Assembly: GCF_000940845.1 (NCBI RefSeq)
Contig: NZ_CP010341.1
Location: 2,070,001-2,102,000 of the forward strand
Length of the DNA stretch: 32,000 nt
From: Propionibacterium freudenreichii subsp. freudenreichii
Lineage (GTDB): Bacteria > Actinomycetota > Actinomycetes > Propionibacteriales > Propionibacteriaceae
Direction: 5' to 3'
Positions 1-11,320 of this stretch are shown piece by piece; the stretch's first letter is position 1, and each line of letters starts with the position of its first letter. Under the pieces are notes generated by a model. The model saw only the letters and a list, made by a program, of their open reading frames with translations. It did not search any database and was not told where the DNA came from. The position numbers were made by a program, and so were the translations under genes.

Positions 1-233
1 AGTTCCTTGTAGGCCATGGCGATACAGAACATCGGCAGGAAGGCCAGCAGGATGATGGCCGGGGCCTTGAGGCCGGCACCGGCGGCCACGACCAGGCCGA
101 GGCTGGCGGCCAGCGAATAGGCCGGAGCCACCGAGGCGGTGCCCACCACGACCGAGCCCAACAGCCCCAGCGCGCCGGAGCGCAGCCCTTTCTGTTTCGC
201 GGTTCCGGACTCGGCAACGGCGTTCACGCTCAT
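1..233 (-). CDS. APC-superfamily amino acid permease, N-terminal fragment (gene runs off the window start)
   Basis: Reverse translation from ATG (comp. 231-233): MSVNAVAESGTAKQKGLRSGALGLLGSVVVGTASVAPAYSLAASLGLVVAAGAGLKAPAIILLAFLPMFCIAMAYKEL. AGGAGG SD at comp. 239-244. Hydrophobic TM1/TM2 pattern typical of APC permeases. Confidence 0.75.
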   Translation of the reverse strand, partial: MSVNAVAESGTAKQKGLRSGALGLLGSVVVGTASVAPAYSLAASLGLVVAAGAGLKAPAIILLAFLPMFCIAMAYKE

Positions 234-443
234 ATCGACCTCCTGTGCGGAGCCAGGGCTGACGGATGGCCAGCCGATGTTTCGTATCGATCAACTCGAT
301 GGCTATGACGGTAGGAATCAGTTGTTTCAGGGCTGTTTCAGCCCAGTCACGTCTTTGCGACAGTTCCCACCAGGGGGCTGGGAAGTGAGGAAACAGTAGC
401 CGTGCCGGGGCGCCGCGAACAGGTGTCCAGCACACTGCGATGG

Positions 444-581
444 GGCGTTATCGCCCGATAGCGGTGCGATCACGCTCAGCGGGGCCCGGGTGTTCGCCCA
501 CGGCGCACGGTCGATAACGCCCACCCGGGGGTCAGATGGTGGACCCCGGGTGTGGCGGGGCCGCGGGAATTGGCGTTATCG
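444..581. repeat. Three copies of the 10-mer GGCGTTATCG (444-453 +, 512-521 inverted, 572-581 +), plus an 11-bp-stem inverted repeat at 522-552
   Basis: Exact 10-mer read three times within 140 bp of the 535-bp intergenic region upstream of the permease. CACCCGGGGGTC (522-533) pairs with GACCCCGGGTG (542-552). Confidence 0.6.
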
Positions 582-632
582 GGTGCTGTGCCGTCCCGGA
601 ATGCGGACAATCGGGCGGTCCACGACATGACA

Positions 633-675
633 GATCTGCCCGGTGCGCCCTCGGGGAGGGTGCACCGGGCAGATC
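633..675 (-). terminator. Long hairpin downstream of purA (about 20-bp stem with one mismatch, GGG(G) loop); a second hairpin lies at 688-707
   Basis: GATCTGCCCGGTGCGCCCTC / GAGGGTGCACCGGGCAGATC inverted repeat about 95 nt after the purA stop. No clear U-tract. Confidence 0.5.
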
Positions 676-767
676 CGGATGGCGTTGGGCCCACCTGCGG
701 TGGGCCGTCTGGTGTTGGGCCTGGCGGTGTTGGGCTTGCAGGCGCCGGGCCTGCCGGCGCCGGCGAC

Positions 768-2445
<1,678 letters not shown>

Positions 2446-2463
2446 GAACCAGCTCTCCCCCAT

Positions 2464-2529
2464 GTCGTGATGATCCGGTCGTGATGATCCGGGGCGCGAT
2501 GCCCCGGTCGTGATGCCCCGGTCCTGATC
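2464..2529. repeat. Tandem array of about 14-bp units: GTCGTGATGATCCG x2, then GGGCGCGATGCCCCG, GTCGTGATGCCCCG and GTCCTGATC
   Basis: Read directly from the sequence. Lies immediately upstream (minus sense) of the small membrane protein ORF. Confidence 0.8.
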
Positions 2530-2657
2530 TGTGTGGCCCAAGCTATGGGAGTGGCGCCGCCGGCGACAAGGCCGCCGCACGCAGCGGACCGGCCACCGTC
2601 GGGTGACGATGGCCGGTCCGCGTCATGGCGGGGCCGGTGGTGGCACCGCGGCCGGGA

Positions 2658-4154
2658 TCAGTCGCCCAGGTTGTAGGGCAGGCCGACCGGCTGGCCCGAC
2701 AGGTTCACCAGGATGTTCTTCGTCTGCTGGTAGGCATCCAGGATCATCTTGTGCGTCTCGCGCCCGATACCGGAATTCTTGTAGCCACCGAAGGGGGCGC
2801 CGGCCGGGAACGCGTTGTACTGGTTCACCCAGATGCGCCCGGTGCGCACCCGGGTGGCCACGCGGATGGCCCGCTCGAGGCTCTTCGAGAACACGCCACC
2901 GCCCAGGCCGTAGATCGAGTCATTGGCCATGCGCACCACGTCGTCCTCGTCCTTGAAGGGGATCACCACGCCGACGGGTCCGAAGATCTCCTCGCGAGCC
3001 ACGCGCATGTCGTTGTCGCCCACCAGCAGCGTCGGCTCCATGAACACGCCCTTGCCCAGGTCTCCGGTGGTGACGCGCTGGCCACCGACCGCCAGGCTGG
3101 CTCCCTCCTGCTTGCCGAGGTCGACGTATTCCAGGATCTTGTCGAGCTGGCGCTCGTCGATCTGGGCACCCATCTGGGTGCTCGGGTCGAGCGGATCGCC
3201 GATCTTCACGTTCTCGAACGAGTTCGTGAGCCTGGCCATGAAGTCGTCCATCACCGATTGCTGCACGAAGATGCGCGAACCCGCCGAGCAGACCTGGCCC
3301 TGGTTGAACAGGATGCCCATCTCGACGCCGTTCAGCGCCACATCGGGGTCGGCGTCGTCGAAGAACACCGAGGCGGACTTGCCGCCGAGTTCGAGGGTGG
3401 CCGGGATGATCTTCTCGGCGGCGGCGAGCGCGATCCGGCGTCCCACCTCGGTGGATCCGGTGAAGGCGAGCTTGTCGACATCGGCGTGCTGCAGGTATTC
3501 GCCGGACTTGCCACCCGAACCGGTGATCACATTGAACACGCCGGTCGGCAGGATGCCGGCCTCGTCAACCAGGCGGGCCAGTTCCAGCACCGACAGCGAG
3601 GTGGCGCTGGAGGGCTTGAACACCACCGTGTTGCCCGACACCAGTGCGGGGGCGAGCTTCCAGGCGGCCATCAGGAACGGGAAGTTCCACGGCACGATCT
3701 GGCCGATGACGCCCAGCGGTTCGCGCAGGATGATGTTCAGCGTGTTCTGGTCGATCATGGTGGCCGCGCCCTCGTCGGCACGCATCACGCCGGCGAAATA
3801 GCGGAAGTGGTCAACCGACAGCGGGATGTCGGCGTTGCTCGTCTCGCGGATGGGCTTGCCGTTGTCCATCGATTCCACGGTGGCCAGGAAGTCCAGGTTG
3901 TCCTGGATGAGGTCGGCGATGTCGAGCATCGCCCGGGAGCGCGCCTGCACCGGGGTCTCGGCCCAGCCCAGGAACGCCGCACGGGCGGCGCGTACCGCGT
4001 CATCCACGTCACGCTGCGTGGCGTCGGGGATGGTGGCCAGCGCGCTGCCGTTGGCCGGGTTGAAGGCATTGATGGTGGCGCCGTCCGACGCCTGGCGCCA
4101 CTCGCCACCGATGTACATGCCATAGGTGTCGGGTAGCTGGTAGTTGCTTGCCAT
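2658..4154 (-). CDS. NAD(P)-dependent aldehyde dehydrogenase
   Basis: Starts at MASNYQLPDTYGMYIGGEW with a GAGGGAG SD. Motifs ELGGKSA and FNQGQVCSAGSR (catalytic Cys) and VPWNFP. The 4155-5033 extension in the ORF track is an artefact. Confidence 0.95.
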   Translation of the reverse strand: MASNYQLPDTYGMYIGGEWRQASDGATINAFNPANGSALATIPDATQRDVDDAVRAARAAFLGWAETPVQARSRAMLDIADLIQDNLDFLATVESMDNGKPIRETSNADIPLSVDHFRYFAGVMRADEGAATMIDQNTLNIILREPLGVIGQIVPWNFPFLMAAWKLAPALVSGNTVVFKPSSATSLSVLELARLVDEAGILPTGVFNVITGSGGKSGEYLQHADVDKLAFTGSTEVGRRIALAAAEKIIPATLELGGKSASVFFDDADPDVALNGVEMGILFNQGQVCSAGSRIFVQQSVMDDFMARLTNSFENVKIGDPLDPSTQMGAQIDERQLDKILEYVDLGKQEGASLAVGGQRVTTGDLGKGVFMEPTLLVGDNDMRVAREEIFGPVGVVIPFKDEDDVVRMANDSIYGLGGGVFSKSLERAIRVATRVRTGRIWVNQYNAFPAGAPFGGYKNSGIGRETHKMILDAYQQTKNILVNLSGQPVGLPYNLGD

Positions 4155-4572
4155 GGGTGTTCTCCCTCGTTGGAGTCCCGACGGCCCCTTGCCGGTGGTC
4201 CATCCGGGCGGGGATGGCGACCGTGGGGCCGGCGGGTTGACGGCATCGTCGTGGGGTCCGAACCCGGTGGACCCGGGCCCGGGGATCGCGCGGGCGATCA
4301 TCAGATTCGGCGCGGGCCCGCAATGGCCGGCCCCCGTGAATCGGCCGCATCGCTGCGGCGGCACGTGGATGCGCCCGGCCATCGTCCCTGACCAGGGCCC
4401 CGGGGAGCCCCGGCCCATGCCCGCCGGAATGCGGGCGCGGGTGAGACGGTGCGCGTACGACGCGTCCCATAGAGTTTGGAGAAACGGTAGCGCGCCCGCC
4501 CAAGCGGTGACCGGTGGCTGATCGCCGGACCGCCGGCCACGGGGCGCGCACAGTGAGCACGGGAGGCAACGG

Positions 4573-5586
4573 ATGCGGATCATCGCCGATGTGGACACGG
4601 GGATCGATGACGCCTTGGCGCTGGTGGCGGTGGCCGCCCATGTCGACGCCGAGCTCGTGGGGGTGACCACCACCACGGGCAACACCACCTCGCACCTGGC
4701 GGCGCGGAACTCGGCGGCGGTGCTGTCGCTGGTGGGACGCGATGACGTGCCGGTGCTGGTCGGCAGCTCGAAGCCGCTGGAGGTGCCGGTGGCCACCACC
4801 CCGGAGACCCACGGTGAGTTCGGCCTGGGATATTCGACCGCCCCCGAGGCCATCACGGGCCCGTTCAGCGAGCACGGCATCGAGGAGCTGTGGCTGCCGG
4901 AGTTGCGCGAACACCCAGGCCAGACCACCCTGCTGGTCACCGGGCCGCTGACCAACCTGGCCATCGCACTGCGCGCCGAGCCGGAACTACCCCGGCTTGC
5001 CCGTCGGGTGGTGATCATGGGCGGAGCCTTCAACTACCCGGGCAACACCACCCCGAGTGCCGAGTGGAACGCATGGTGCGACCCGCATGCGGCCGCCGAG
5101 GTCTATGCCGCCTTCTCGGGGCTCGAGGCCGACCGGCTCCCCATCGTCGCCGGACTGAACGTCACCGAGACGGTGGAGCTGACCCCCGCCGACCTCGACG
5201 AGCTGGCCATCGGGGCCGGCGCACGGCCCCCACACCTGACTGCCCGGTCGGCACGCGACGTCGGCCCGGCGGACACCGGCGTGCCCCTGGTGAACCTGGT
5301 GACCGATGCGCTGCGCTTCTACTTCGAGTTCCATGCCGACCACGGCTACGGGTACCTGGCGCAGGTGCACGACCTGCTGGCCGCCCAGATCGCCCTGGGT
5401 GAGGTGGATCCGACGATGAGCCCGCAGTGGGTGGGCGTCGAGAAGGAATCCGCCCTGACGCGGGGCACCACGGTCGCCGACTTCCGGCAGTTGCTGCACC
5501 GCCCGGCCAATGCCCGCGTGGTCACCGCCGTGGACGCCCGCGCGAGCGTGGAGGCCTTCAAGGCGTCGGTGGCGCGACTGATCTGA
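4573..5586 (+). CDS. Nucleoside hydrolase (IUNH/Rih family)
   Basis: N-terminal MRIIADVDTGIDDALAL (DxDxxxDD signature). GGGAGG SD upstream. 337 aa. Confidence 0.9.
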   Translation: MRIIADVDTGIDDALALVAVAAHVDAELVGVTTTTGNTTSHLAARNSAAVLSLVGRDDVPVLVGSSKPLEVPVATTPETHGEFGLGYSTAPEAITGPFSEHGIEELWLPELREHPGQTTLLVTGPLTNLAIALRAEPELPRLARRVVIMGGAFNYPGNTTPSAEWNAWCDPHAAAEVYAAFSGLEADRLPIVAGLNVTETVELTPADLDELAIGAGARPPHLTARSARDVGPADTGVPLVNLVTDALRFYFEFHADHGYGYLAQVHDLLAAQIALGEVDPTMSPQWVGVEKESALTRGTTVADFRQLLHRPANARVVTAVDARASVEAFKASVARLI

Positions 5587-5602
5587 GGCGGGTGGGCAGC
5601 GC

Positions 5603-5651
5603 GGGATCGCCGCGTTGCCGCGCCGCCGGGTCGCCGGGTTGCCGCGCCGCC
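5603..5651. repeat. Tandem duplication of about 24 bp (GGGATCGCCGCGTTGCCGCGCCGCC / GGGTCGCCGGGTTGCCGCGCCGCC)
   Basis: Read directly. Lies in the convergent intergenic region between the nucleoside hydrolase and the YhhQ-like gene. Confidence 0.7.
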
Positions 5652-5709
5652 CATGGCGCCCGAACGGGTGCCCAGGGGTCAGGCAAGTGCCCCCGAGTCC
5701 GACGCGTGG

Positions 5710-6390
5710 CTACGCGTGCGGGCGCTCGTCGGCGCGGGCGGCAAGCGCCTGCTGATAGGTGGGTTCGTGGGCCTTGATCACCCGGATCACCCGGGCGGTC
5801 ACGGGCATCAGCAGGTACTGCAGGGCCACCTTGTACACGAATCCGACCACCGTGTAGTTCGCCCACTGGCCCAGCGTGGTGAGGCCGATCACCGGCGCGG
5901 CGATGGTGCAGAACAGGATGGTGTCGATCAGCTCACCCAGCCCGGTCGAGCTGGCCAGGCGGGCATACAGGCCCTTCTCCTGGTGGCGCTTCTTGCCGAT
6001 CCACATGATGAGGGAGTTGACGCTCTGCCCTCCGGCGAAGCCGACCATGCCGGCCAGCACCACCTGCCAGACCGGACCCAGCGCCAGCTCGAGGGCCGAT
6101 TGCTTGGCATTGGAGTAGTCGTCTCCCAGCCCGGGCAGCACGATGATGATCCAGTAGATGCCGGCGCTCACCGCATTGACGATGAAGCCCATGATGATGG
6201 CCCGCCGCGCGGCCACCGGGCCGTAGATCTCGGTGATGGCGTCGCCCAGGATGTAGCTGAACGGGAAGATGAAGAAGGCGCCGTCGGTGATGATGGGGCC
6301 GAACTGCACGCCCTTCGATGCGCCGATGCCCGACAGCACGATCACCACGCACATGATGGCCAGCATGAAGGGGAAGATCGACGATCCCAT
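5710..6390 (-). CDS. yhhQ: VUT/YhhQ-family membrane transporter (queuosine-precursor transporter family)
   Basis: MGSSIFPFMLAIMCVVIVLSG...FIFPFSYILGDAITEIYG...LGELIDTILF, polytopic, 226 aa. The start could be further upstream (GTG near 6456). Confidence 0.8.
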   Translation of the reverse strand: MGSSIFPFMLAIMCVVIVLSGIGASKGVQFGPIITDGAFFIFPFSYILGDAITEIYGPVAARRAIIMGFIVNAVSAGIYWIIIVLPGLGDDYSNAKQSALELALGPVWQVVLAGMVGFAGGQSVNSLIMWIGKKRHQEKGLYARLASSTGLGELIDTILFCTIAAPVIGLTTLGQWANYTVVGFVYKVALQYLLMPVTARVIRVIKAHEPTYQQALAARADERPHA

Positions 6391-6667
6391 CTGGGCGTAG
6401 GCGGGACGCCGCCCTGCGGGACCTGCTGGCGCTGCGGGATCGCTGGAAGGACTCACGGCCCCAAGTTTAGGCGGCGCGGGGGCCGTCGCCGACCATGCCC
6501 GGAGGTCGTGCACAGGGCAGGCCAACGGGGGGTCGGCACGTCCCTGCGGCGCCGGGACGCATGCTGCGCTGGTGCGTCCGGGCAGACGTGCGGCGCCCCG
6601 CCGCCTCTGGGACCACGTGCGACGCCCCGCCGCGTCCGGCGCTGGTGCACCCGGGAAGAATGGACAC

Positions 6668-7222
6668 ATGATCACACCCCCCGATCTGCGCCACTGCCGC
6701 CTCGGGACCAGCTTCGGCCAGCTCGTGGCCGTGGCGCGCTCGTCCGGCGGCACGCAGGGCCTGAGCGCACTGTTCGGCGTCGACCCGGGGGAGGAACTGG
6801 GAGTTGGCCAACTGGGCGAGCAGGTCACGCCCGGCTCCGACCCGCTGCTGGCCTCGGTGGCCACGCAGTTGGACGAGTACTTCGCCGGGGAGCGCCGCGG
6901 GTTCACCGTGCCGCTGTCGCCGGCGGGCAGCGACTTCGAGCGCCATGTGTGGACGATGGTCGCCCGGGTGCCCTACGGCACCACGGCCAGCTATGGCGAG
7001 ATCGCCGAGCAGCTGGGCAACCGGGGACTCGCCCGCGGGGTGGCCACCGCCATCGCACGCAGCCCGATCAGCGTGATCGTGCCCTGCCACCGCGTGGTGC
7101 GCAGCGATGGGAGCCTGTCGGGAAGCGCCCGGGGCATTGAACGGCGCCGGGCACTCCTTGAACTTGAATCACATGCCCTTGACTCGCAGGGCTCGGCGGA
7201 TGCGACGAGAATGGCACCATGA
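6668..7222 (+). CDS. ogt: Methylated-DNA-protein-cysteine methyltransferase, paralog 1 (divergent)
   Basis: PCHRV active-site motif (SPISVIVPCHRVV). TTASYGEIAEQLG helix. Start taken at MITPPDL. Confidence 0.85.
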   Translation: MITPPDLRHCRLGTSFGQLVAVARSSGGTQGLSALFGVDPGEELGVGQLGEQVTPGSDPLLASVATQLDEYFAGERRGFTVPLSPAGSDFERHVWTMVARVPYGTTASYGEIAEQLGNRGLARGVATAIARSPISVIVPCHRVVRSDGSLSGSARGIERRRALLELESHALDSQGSADATRMAP

Positions 7223-7854
7223 CCGCCTCATCCCCCAGTGTCTCCCCCGCACCCGGCGCGCCCGACCAGCTCGGTGCACACGACCAGCCCGGGGCATCCA
7301 CCGCAGCAGGCGCATCCCACCGGGCGGGCGTTGCCGCGTCCCGCCGGTTCACCCGGGTGGCCACCCCACTGGGCGAGATGATCCTGGTCAGCGATGGCGT
7401 CGCGGGTGGCCAGGCCCTGTGTGGCGCCTATTTCACCGGGCAGCGCCACCAGCCGACGTCCGACCAGCTGGGCACCGAATGTGACGCCGGCACCGACCCC
7501 TTCCTGCAGGCGGCCGCCGACCAGCTCGGCGAATACTTCGCCGGCACACGCCGCGAGTTCGACCTTCCCGTGGCCGCCCGGGGCACCGACTTCGAGCAGC
7601 GGGTCTGGGCCCTGTTGCGCCGGGTCGGGTTCGGCACCACCACCAGCTATGGGCAGTTGGCCGAGCAATTGGGCAACCGACACCTGGCCCAGGGCGTCGG
7701 CCAGGCCGTGGGACACAATCCGGTGAGCATCGTGGTGCCCTGCCACCGCGTGCTGGGGGCCGATGGCCGCCTCACCGGCTATGCCGGCGGCGTCGAACGC
7801 AAGCAGGCCCTGCTCAGCCTGGAGCAGTCCGCCCTCGGGACGCGCCTGTTCTAG
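7219..7854 (+). CDS. ogt: Methylated-DNA-protein-cysteine methyltransferase, paralog 2
   Basis: HNPVSIVVPCHRVLGADGRLTGYAGG, TTTSYGQLAEQLG. ATGA start/stop overlap with paralog 1. The Pro/Ala-rich N-terminal 45 aa may not be translated, so the start is uncertain. Confidence 0.85.
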   Translation: MTASSPSVSPAPGAPDQLGAHDQPGASTAAGASHRAGVAASRRFTRVATPLGEMILVSDGVAGGQALCGAYFTGQRHQPTSDQLGTECDAGTDPFLQAAADQLGEYFAGTRREFDLPVAARGTDFEQRVWALLRRVGFGTTTSYGQLAEQLGNRHLAQGVGQAVGHNPVSIVVPCHRVLGADGRLTGYAGGVERKQALLSLEQSALGTRLF

Positions 7855-7950
7855 CCTCCAGGGCTCCCGGTCCCCACGAGCCCAGCCCCCAGCCCCCAGC
7901 CCCCACGCATGCTGCCCCCGCGTACACCCGGGACACGACGCCGACCTTCA

Positions 7951-7972
7951 TACAATCGCGATGTGATCGCGA
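7951..7972 (+). promoter_or_regulatory. Candidate -10 box (TACAAT, 7951-7956) abutting a 7-3-7 inverted repeat TCGCGAT-GTG-ATCGCGA (7956-7972), upstream of the multicopper oxidase
   Basis: Sequence pattern only. About 90 nt upstream of the oxidase start. No convincing -35 box. Confidence 0.3.
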
Positions 7973-8060
7973 CCCCGCCTCAATGGCCCGGCGCCATCAT
8001 GGGTGGTGCGGGCGCCAAGCCCCCCGCCGGGTGCGCGGGGCCGTCCGGGGAGGAATGACG

Positions 8061-9581
<1,521 letters not shown>

Positions 9582-9597
9582 GGTGGCCCCGCGCCCG

Positions 9598-9631
9598 ATG
9601 TGCACCCTCGTATGGTGCACACGTGCATTTT
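9598..9631 (+). terminator. Hairpin (GTGCACC-N7-GGTGCAC) followed by GCATTTTCC after the oxidase stop
   Basis: Inverted repeat plus a short T-tract 17 nt after the stop codon. Confidence 0.45.
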
Positions 9632-10006
9632 CCCGGCGCCGGAGCCACCAATGACACCGGGATCACCGACAAATGTCGATCACGATCATTCAGGTACCCG
9701 GTTTTCTAAGCCATTTGTGAAATTTTGTTACCTTGCCCGATCAGTGACCTAACATCGGGTCCACAAGTGAAGATAGTCCGTTTGTGCTGATGGGGACTCC
9801 CCGTCGGCACCGCATCACACTGCCACCACCCCGAAGGCGCGTCCCAACACGGTGACGCCCCGTCGCAGCGCTCTATCAGAACCCGGTTCTGCTCATGGGT
9901 GGGGGGATTTATCTCCGCCCCCTCCTCCAGCCCTGCGACAGGCCCGGTCCCCTGAAGCGCCCTGAGTTTGTTGGAGACTCCTGACCTTGGAAACGAGGAT
10001 GGGGTT

Positions 10007-10351
10007 ATGCCGAAGGAACTGGCGAATGGGAAGCCGACGACGCGTCGCTACTCGGTCGAGGAGAAGGCCGCCGCGGTGCGGATGGTGAGGACGCTGCGCG
10101 CGGAGCTGGGCGTCACGCAGGGGACGGTGCAGCGGGTCGCGACGCAGCTCGGTTACGGGGTCGAGTCCGTGCGGATGTGGGTCAAGCAGGCCGACGTCGA
10201 CGACGGTGTCGTCCCCGGTGTGAGCTCGGCGGAGGAGCAGCGGGTGAAAGAGCTCGAGCAAGAGAATCGGGAGCTGCGCCGGGCCAACGAGGTGCTGAAA
10301 CGGGCGGCGTCTTTCTTCGGGGCGGAGCTCGACCGCCACTACCGGAAGTAG
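10007..10351 (+). CDS. IS3-family transposase OrfA (HTH / leucine-zipper part)
   Basis: MPKELANGKPTTRRYSVEEKAAAVRMV...ELEQENRELRRANEVLKRAASFF. GAGGA SD 7 nt upstream. Confidence 0.85.
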   Translation: MPKELANGKPTTRRYSVEEKAAAVRMVRTLRAELGVTQGTVQRVATQLGYGVESVRMWVKQADVDDGVVPGVSSAEEQRVKELEQENRELRRANEVLKRAASFFGAELDRHYRK

Positions 10352-11271
10352 TCGCGTTCATCGACGCGAACAAGGACGACGTCGTGGACGGTCGCCGGCT
10401 CGGAGTCGAGCTCATCTGCAGACTGTTGCAGGTGGCTCCGAGCAGCTACTACGCCGCCAAGACCCGTGCGCCCTCTGCCCGTGCGCTGCGTGACGAGGAA
10501 CTGATCCCGCAGCTGGTCGAGATCTGGGAGGCCAACTACCGCGTCTACGGGGTCCGCAAGCTCTGGAAGGCTGCCCGGCGTGGGGGCATCATGATCGGCC
10601 GCGACCAGACTGCGAGGCTGATGCGCGTCGCAGGGATCGAAGGTGCGAGGCGGTCGAAGCGGGTGAAGACCACGCGGCCGGACCCGGCGTCGTCGCGGCA
10701 CCCGGACCTGGTCAAGCGGGAGTTCACCGCGACGGCACCGAACCGGCTCTGGGTGACCGATCTGACATTCGTGCCCACCTGGGCTGGCGTCGCCTACGTC
10801 TGCTTCATCATCGACGCGTTCTCCCGGATGATCGTGGGGTGGCGGGTCGCGTCACATATGCGCACCGAGATGGTCCTCGACGCGATCGAGATGGCGCGCT
10901 GGTCCCGAGGCGCCCACCATGAGGATCTGCGGTGTCACAGCGACGCGGGCTGTCAATTCACATCGATTCGCTACGGCGAACGCCTCGCAGAGATCGGTGC
11001 GACACCCTCGATCGGGACCGTCGGCGATTCGTATGACAACGCCCTGGCCGAGACGGTGAACGGCTACTACAAGGCCGAGTTGGTTCGCGGGCCCACCCGC
11101 TCGGGACCGTGGAAGACGGTCGAGGATCTCGAGCTCGCGACGCTCGGCTGGGTGCACTGGCACAACACGCAGCGCCTCCACGGATACCTCGGAGACGTCC
11201 CACCCGCCGAGTTCGAGAACGCGTTCTATGCTGTCCCCAACGACAGCAATCTGCTGATCGGAATCAAATAG
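10342..11271 (+). CDS. IS3-family transposase OrfB (DDE/RNase-H-fold catalytic part), expected as an OrfAB fusion by programmed -1 frameshift
   Basis: The -1 frame is open from 10177. DDE residues in WVTDLTF, CHSDAGCQFTS and YDNALAETVNG. The exact slip site within about 10310-10351 is not identified (no A6G heptamer seen). Confidence 0.85.
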   Translation, partial: PEVVAFIDANKDDVVDGRRLGVELICRLLQVAPSSYYAAKTRAPSARALRDEELIPQLVEIWEANYRVYGVRKLWKAARRGGIMIGRDQTARLMRVAGIEGARRSKRVKTTRPDPASSRHPDLVKREFTATAPNRLWVTDLTFVPTWAGVAYVCFIIDAFSRMIVGWRVASHMRTEMVLDAIEMARWSRGAHHEDLRCHSDAGCQFTSIRYGERLAEIGATPSIGTVGDSYDNALAETVNGYYKAELVRGPTRSGPWKTVEDLELATLGWVHWHNTQRLHGYLGDVPPAEFENAFYAVPNDSNLLIGIK

Positions 11272-11320
11272 CGCGAGTCTCCATCAGACCCAGGGCGCTT
11301 CACCCATTTCGGAGGTAGCA

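Larger units (their letters stand above)
9953..11302 (+). mobile_element. IS3-family insertion sequence, 1350 bp, apparently intact
   Basis: TG...CA termini. 28-bp inverted repeats 9953-9980 and 11275-11302 match at 25/28. 3-bp direct repeat CCC at 9950-9952 and 11303-11305. OrfA/orfB in 0/-1 frames. Confidence 0.92.

Noticed and set aside
4155-4572. The 418-bp divergent intergenic region between the aldehyde dehydrogenase and nucleoside hydrolase genes, as a possible riboswitch (ZTP/pfl or purine class) or small-gene locus.
   Set aside because: I found no match by eye to the conserved cores I remember for those classes. The three ORFs in the track here are Arg/Pro/Gly-rich junk. The region is left unannotated rather than called.
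4155-5033. N-terminal 290-aa extension of the aldehyde dehydrogenase ORF (the track gives 2658-5033).
   Set aside because: Homology-like sequence begins at MASNYQLPDTYG with a good SD. The extension is Pro/Arg/Gly-rich and overlaps the well-supported nucleoside hydrolase gene on the opposite strand.
6391-6660. Possible preQ1 riboswitch upstream of the YhhQ-type transporter.
   Set aside because: I looked on the minus strand for the short P1 hairpin followed by an A-rich ...AAAAAACUA tail. I found only CCTAAACTTGGGG, which does not fit. An Infernal scan would be decisive.
9895-9935. Possible att-type direct repeat of the tRNA-Pro 3' end (shared GGATTT core) at the far edge of the synthase islet.
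   Set aside because: Only about 16 of 29 positions match outside the hexamer when aligned by eye, which is no better than chance in this composition.
10310-10351. The OrfA/OrfB frame change in the IS3 element read as evidence of a broken transposase.
   Set aside because: A -1 frame overlap between orfA and orfB is the normal programmed-frameshift organisation of IS3-family elements. This contrasts with the ISL3 transposase, where a split is abnormal.
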